Below are positions 60,501-64,000 of a DNA stretch of 64,000 nt, piece by piece; positions within the stretch are counted from its first letter, which is position 1; each line of letters opens with the position of its first letter. The position numbers were made by a program, and so were the translations under genes. This stretch comes from Theionarchaea archaeon. GTDB lineage: Archaea; Methanobacteriota_B; Thermococci; Methanofastidiosales; SZ-28-30. The notes under the pieces are model-generated. The model did no database searches, was not told the DNA's origin, and worked only from the letters and a program-made list of their open reading frames with translations. The stretch spans positions 64,001-128,000 of the forward strand of contig JACVGT010000001.1 of the NCBI GenBank assembly GCA_018992685.1, read 5' to 3'.

Positions 60501-61555
60501 CCGTTGGCGATGAGACCAACGGTCCAAATGCCAGTTACATTGTTATAGCTGCCCTGGCTTGGAGAAGCAGAAATGTAACTCAGTCCTGCTGGCAGAATAT
60601 CTTCTACTGATACCTCAGTAGCATCGTTTGGTCCATCATTGTACACGGTAATGGTGAAGGTGACATTGTCACCAAGGTTAGGCGTCGAATTGTTAACCGT
60701 TTTCTCCAGCCGCAAGTCTGCAATACCTTTTACTACGATGATTGTAATATCTGGATAGTCTGCGTTATAGTGATAACTGCCCCCACTTTCGTCGGTAATG
60801 AAGGAATCAATATTCGTAGTCCCTGGAGACAGTGCTCTGAACGTCCATACTGACGTGAAATCATCATCCATAGGGAGATCCAGTCGCACGTTGTTCGAGG
60901 TCACAGGAGGACTGGGTGGCTCCTGCCAGGTGACCAAAACGCTCACTGGTTCGATAATGAGGGGATTATACTTTGAAACAGGCAGGTTAACTATATTGTA
61001 ATTCTTTGCGCCAGTTGTACTGTGCACAGTCACAGTAAATGTTGAGCCCACCACCGGAGTTGAGGTGGAAGCCACTATTGACACGACCTCATTTCTGGCC
61101 TGAGACCTCAATCGTTCCACACTCAGCGTTCCTGTAATAGTATCCGCTGTTCCTGTGTCTGTTCCCTGAACTGTAATGGTGTAATTTCTTGTGGTATTAT
61201 AGGCACCAGAATTCCTGGTTATTTCAATAAGATAGAAAAGATCCACTGTTGCCCCAGCTGCAATGTCCCCCAGTGACTTGACAGCTGATTCATTCGGTGC
61301 CAGGTTAATATACGTATTGACTGATGTCCATGATAACGTTCCAACAACGCTGTGTGCTGTTGTGCCCGCTGAATTCGTGACATGAATCTGAATGAGATAT
61401 TGATTTGGCCCATCGTTGACATTGTTATGGTCTAGCCCCATTCTGTCCCACGATCCCTTGACAAGTTGGAGTGTTCCCGCATTTGCCAAGGGGAGCATCT
61501 GAAAGAGCATGATGCCCACTGCTAAAGCCGCCAACGTTACTTTCCTCTTTTTCAT
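57554..61555 (-). CDS. Large secreted DUF11-repeat surface protein
   Basis: Signal peptide; about seven Ig-like repeats (ADLR.EKTV...GDTITFTITVYNDGPD.AT.V.V.D..P) with acidic DPDSTPDNDDGDQSEDDED loops; Cys-rich helical C-terminus. Confidence 0.9.
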   Translation of the reverse strand: MKKRKVTLAALAVGIMLFQMLPLANAGTLQLVKGSWDRMGLDHNNVNDGPNQYLIQIHVTNSAGTTAHSVVGTLSWTSVNTYINLAPNESAVKSLGDIAAGATVDLFYLIEITRNSGAYNTTRNYTITVQGTDTGTADTITGTLSVERLRSQARNEVVSIVASTSTPVVGSTFTVTVHSTTGAKNYNIVNLPVSKYNPLIIEPVSVLVTWQEPPSPPVTSNNVRLDLPMDDDFTSVWTFRALSPGTTNIDSFITDESGGSYHYNADYPDITIIVVKGIADLRLEKTVNNSTPNLGDNVTFTITVYNDGPNDATEVSVEDILPAGLSYISASPSQGSYNNVTGIWTVGLIANGGSATLQITAQVTMTGSIKNVAQVYSSAETDPDSTPNNDDGDQSEDDEDYETITVPSSADLRIEKTISDSNPDVGDTITFTITVYNDGPDTATNVTVEDVIPSGYTYAAGTIAGGDSRDDSGDPILTWTINSLANGSNVSLTFQAVVQASGTYKNVAQVTASDQHDPDSTPDNDDGDQSEDDEDFDTASPQQADLRIDKTVSDSTPNPGDTITFTITVYNDGPDTATNVTVEDFIPSGFVYAAGTIAGGDSRDDSGAPTLTWTINSLANGSNVSLTFQVVVQASGDYKNVAEVTASDQHDPDSTPHNDDGDQSEDDEDSETAAVPTADLRIEKTVSDSNPDVGDTITFTITVYNDGPDTATNVTVEDVIPSGFVYSAGTIAGGDSRDDSGDPILTWTINSLANGSNVSLTFQVVVQATGTYKNVAQVTASDQYDPDSTPDNDDGDQSEDDEDSETARPQQADLWIKKSVDNSIPDPGDTITFTITVYNDGPDTATNVTVEDFIPSGFVYAAGTIAGGDSRDDSGDPILTWTINSLANGSNVVLTFQVVVQIPGTYTNVAQVTASDHTDPDSTPDNDDGDQSEDDEDSETAAPPTADLRVEKTVSNPYPNVGDTITFTIIVYNDGPDACTDMTVEDVLPTGLSYVSSVVSQGTYDSGSGIWTVTTLASGASATLQITAQVTGTGVITNIAQVHTSECLDPDSTPGNDVPGEDDQDFSTITVSGTPLTLAIGVVKSVSPKTAQEGDVLTFTITITNVGQLPLDPVQVVDTLSPGLDYANAASVLPDLVVSNLDGTTTIIWNNIGPLAPGDVRIITFAAIFNGLEPTARNRVVVTGEYHGLPPVSGEGSARIPVPSLKTPYQPKLLYRPLARYLKDNCFREFRDLIERIKSGDPTFEINERTPCCQSLEDVVNHLMNLVLEKGLDKMYPEEWQRVQELLPLVAECCENSEQYYNEGNYIASIHWSYQRNKAYRELIEILLEMLEF
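58735..60330 (-). repeat. Four near-identical ~400-bp intragenic DUF11 repeats
   Basis: Recurring DNA blocks such as TCTCTGGAATCTCCACCTGCTATCGTCCCTGCAG at ~58940, ~59345, ~59745 and ~60145. Confidence 0.85.
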
Positions 61556-61671
61556 TTGATCACTCCGTTCTTTTTATGCGAGGATAAATAAGTACTTTTC
61601 GCTTACAAGATGGAAGTGTAGAGTCTCGATATATCTTTGTCTTTTCTTCCAGTTATCAGGCTTCATTTCAA

Positions 61672-62031
61672 TCACTCTCCATCCTTTTGCAGAGCAGTCC
61701 ACAGAGGTATTGCGGGCGGAACCCTATGAAGGAGTTTCTCCTGAGTTACAGATTCGTAGGGCTTCATATTGCAGAGGAATTGTACATAGACAGAAGCTGT
61801 TGCTTCAGATTTTGCTCTTGATAAATTACATCCGAGAGAATTCAGTTTTACGCGGTTTCCTTCCTTTGATGCGAGTCCCCATATTTCATTTGCATTGATC
61901 TTTCGGGGATAGAGGTTCTTCTCTTCAGCGATTGCATGAGTTTCTTCGATTGTCACAGCCGCAGGATCTGTTCTTAAATGGTCAACTATTGCCTGAACAT
62001 CTTCCAGATTTGCTAGAATCGGCAAAGACAT
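61672..62031 (-). pseudogene. Probable truncated gene remnant (N-terminal wHTH-like fragment)
   Basis: GGTGGAGG RBS and a plausible N-terminus (MSLPILANLEDV...RKINA.EIWGL...LNSLG), but the C-terminus looks out of register; family not securely recognised. Confidence 0.35.
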
Positions 62032-62323
62032 TCTCTAACCTCCACCTATATGCTTGCATTGCCTTCTTGATTTTTTTGATTCTCCAGAGCCCCCTGTGAG
62101 GAGGAGGCTGGCTTATCTGCTGGCTGAAATGTTGTGGCACGCATTACTGATTTTCAATGGAGGAGCGAGGATATTGAGAGCTATAGCATCATGGATTGAG
62201 TTTCATCTTTCACCTTCTTATGTGCTCTTCAACCTTAAAGCTCTTTCCACTGCCAGGAACGCTGCTCTTGGTGAGAAACTCTTGCCAGTAGTTGACATCA
62301 GTGATTGTTGCGGGAGGTAGAAC

Positions 62324-62830
62324 ATGGAAGAAAAGCCCTTTGACCCTGTCACAGTGGATATTCTGGAGAGGATTGTTGAAAACCGGAAGTGTACGGAAGA
62401 AGAGTTGAGGGAGAGCCCAGAAGTGATCAAAGAGAGCCAGAGAATCATAGACGATCTTGAGAGGAATGGACTCATAGAAATAGTACAGGAGACAGTGAAA
62501 CTCACAGAGAAAGCCAGGATTCTCCTGAAAACTTTTAATGAACTGGGCAGTATACTGGAGGAAGGAGGTGTGACCATGGAACATAAAGAGGACGATCAAG
62601 AAGGGTATTTCCGTGAAATGTTTAATTTCTGCTGCATTTTAAGAGGAGAAGTAAAGTACTTAGAGGAAATCAAAGAGCACATTATTACAGAGTACGTGAG
62701 GACAGAGAAAATCAAATTGATCAAGCCAACGTATGATAAAACTGAATTGTACATTCTGACAGATGCCCAGTGGAAAGAATACCAGACATTGAAGGAAAAG
62801 GATCGAAGATTGATTGAATCTTTGGGTTAA
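62324..62830 (+). CDS. wHTH protein fused in frame to a second small protein
   Basis: GGAGGT RBS; IDDLERNGLIE...VKLTEKAR wHTH; internal GGAGGTG RBS before in-frame ATG 62576. Confidence 0.65.
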   Translation: MEEKPFDPVTVDILERIVENRKCTEEELRESPEVIKESQRIIDDLERNGLIEIVQETVKLTEKARILLKTFNELGSILEEGGVTMEHKEDDQEGYFREMFNFCCILRGEVKYLEEIKEHIITEYVRTEKIKLIKPTYDKTELYILTDAQWKEYQTLKEKDRRLIESLG

Positions 62831-63122
62831 GTACAGAAATCCAGGATTTTTCCAGATTTAGTACGGGAGACGGCACATGGGAGATTCAAACCATAGCAAA
62901 GGATGTGGACGACAGTCATTGTATCCATGTCCTGTACTGAAACCTAAAGAGGTGAACCCATGGAACCAAAAAGTGACTTTGAGGGACACAGTACTGTGCT
63001 GTCTCTTAGAAAGAAGTGTGACAAATCTGAAGCGGATCTTCCATTGCAGGAGAGAGAACATATAGAATCACAACCTGGATGCCCATGTAGTTACCCAGCA
63101 TCTGTAACCAGGGGGTGGTTCA

Positions 63123-64000
63123 ATGGATGATAGTCTGTACACGTACTACAGAATCTATAACCAGTTGTATGAGAACCCCTTTGTGCCTGTGGGGGAGATT
63201 GCCTTAAAATTGGAGATGTCTGAAGCTGATGTCAATACGTGTCTGGATGGTATGTACCAGTCTTCAATCTTGCTGGGACCTGTTATCTCTGTAAAGCCTG
63301 CTTCAACCTATCACGTATACTGCTATTTTTTCAAGGCTAATGACCCGAAAAGCCTGTTAAGGTCTTTCCAGGAATCAGTTGTCTCCAAGAGTAGAGGATC
63401 GGGTGACTGGAATGTCATGGTTATTACTGACCAGGAGATGGAATTTACTGCAGGGAAAGGAGACTGTATTCATTCCGGGAAAAAGGGAGGAACCTTCATT
63501 TCCAAGGTCACCCAATTGGACTGGGATCACTCCTTAAAGGAGATATCTTCCCGGATACGTACTCCTGACACCAAGAGTATCTCGTATGAGGAGGCACCAC
63601 TATTGAATTGGGGTGAGAAGGAATGGATGTTATACCATGCTTTCCAGTTGAATGCGCGGCAGGACCCAGATCCCGTTCTCAAGAAGTTAGGGATTGACTC
63701 TAGAACCTACAGGAACTGGTTATCCACCTTATCCATGGCAGCTCATGTACAACCAGCCTTTAACTCTCATGGATTTTCTAAGTGTGGGATGTTTGATTTC
63801 CTCTTGAAATCAGACTACCAAAACCAGATCATGGACATTCTGGGGTTACTCCCCTGTTCCTGTGGATTTTTCTCTGCAGGTGACTTTCTGCTGGTAAGGT
63901 TCTTCCTCACATGGCCTGGCGAAGCCAAGAAGGTGGACACCATCTTACGGTACCTGGAGAAGTATGGCTACTGTACCGATTGGTTGAGGTCCTTCATCCT
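63123..64000 (+). CDS. Hypothetical tandem Lrp/AsnC-like HTH protein (runs off window end)
   Basis: Not in ORF track. Open frame from ATG 63123: MDDSLYTYYRIYNQLYENPFVPVGEIALKLEMSEADV...; second HTH-like unit WGEKEWMLYHAFQLNARQ...LKKLGI. Confidence 0.65.
   Translation, partial: MDDSLYTYYRIYNQLYENPFVPVGEIALKLEMSEADVNTCLDGMYQSSILLGPVISVKPASTYHVYCYFFKANDPKSLLRSFQESVVSKSRGSGDWNVMVITDQEMEFTAGKGDCIHSGKKGGTFISKVTQLDWDHSLKEISSRIRTPDTKSISYEEAPLLNWGEKEWMLYHAFQLNARQDPDPVLKKLGIDSRTYRNWLSTLSMAAHVQPAFNSHGFSKCGMFDFLLKSDYQNQIMDILGLLPCSCGFFSAGDFLLVRFFLTWPGEAKKVDTILRYLEKYGYCTDWLRSFI

Noticed and set aside
1-64000. tRNA, rRNA, integrase or IS elements
   Set aside because: None recognised by eye; tRNAscan-SE or Infernal would be needed to exclude small RNAs.

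Overview
Archaeal chromosomal window. It carries a TBP, an Lhr helicase, BRE/TATA promoters, GGAGGTGA-type RBSs and oligo-T terminators; a Theionarchaea-like lineage is my inference from gene style only. I saw no rRNA, tRNA, CRISPR array or transposase. The main find is a ~10 kb putative RiPP biosynthetic locus (~26.45-36.51 kb) made of two convergent units, each headed by a tiny precursor gene that the ORF track missed or mis-started (26517-26627 +, 36 aa; 36360-36449 -, 29 aa). Between them lie an ABC exporter, an Fe-S flavoprotein, TldD/PmbA, two radical SAM/SPASM enzymes (one RRE-fused) and an RRE-fused M50 protease. Other notable items: a TBP with a ~138-aa non-intein domain inserted between its two repeats; a HypD-like glycyl radical enzyme with Thr in place of the Cys-X-Glu glutamate; two genes apparently needing non-canonical (ATA) starts; two csp paralogs sharing a near-identical 77-nt 5' leader; a protamine-like basic protein; a 34-aa zinc-ribbon microprotein; and a thrice-repeated 12-mer around a wHTH gene flanked by AT-rich tracts. 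All family assignments come from motif recognition, not database searches.
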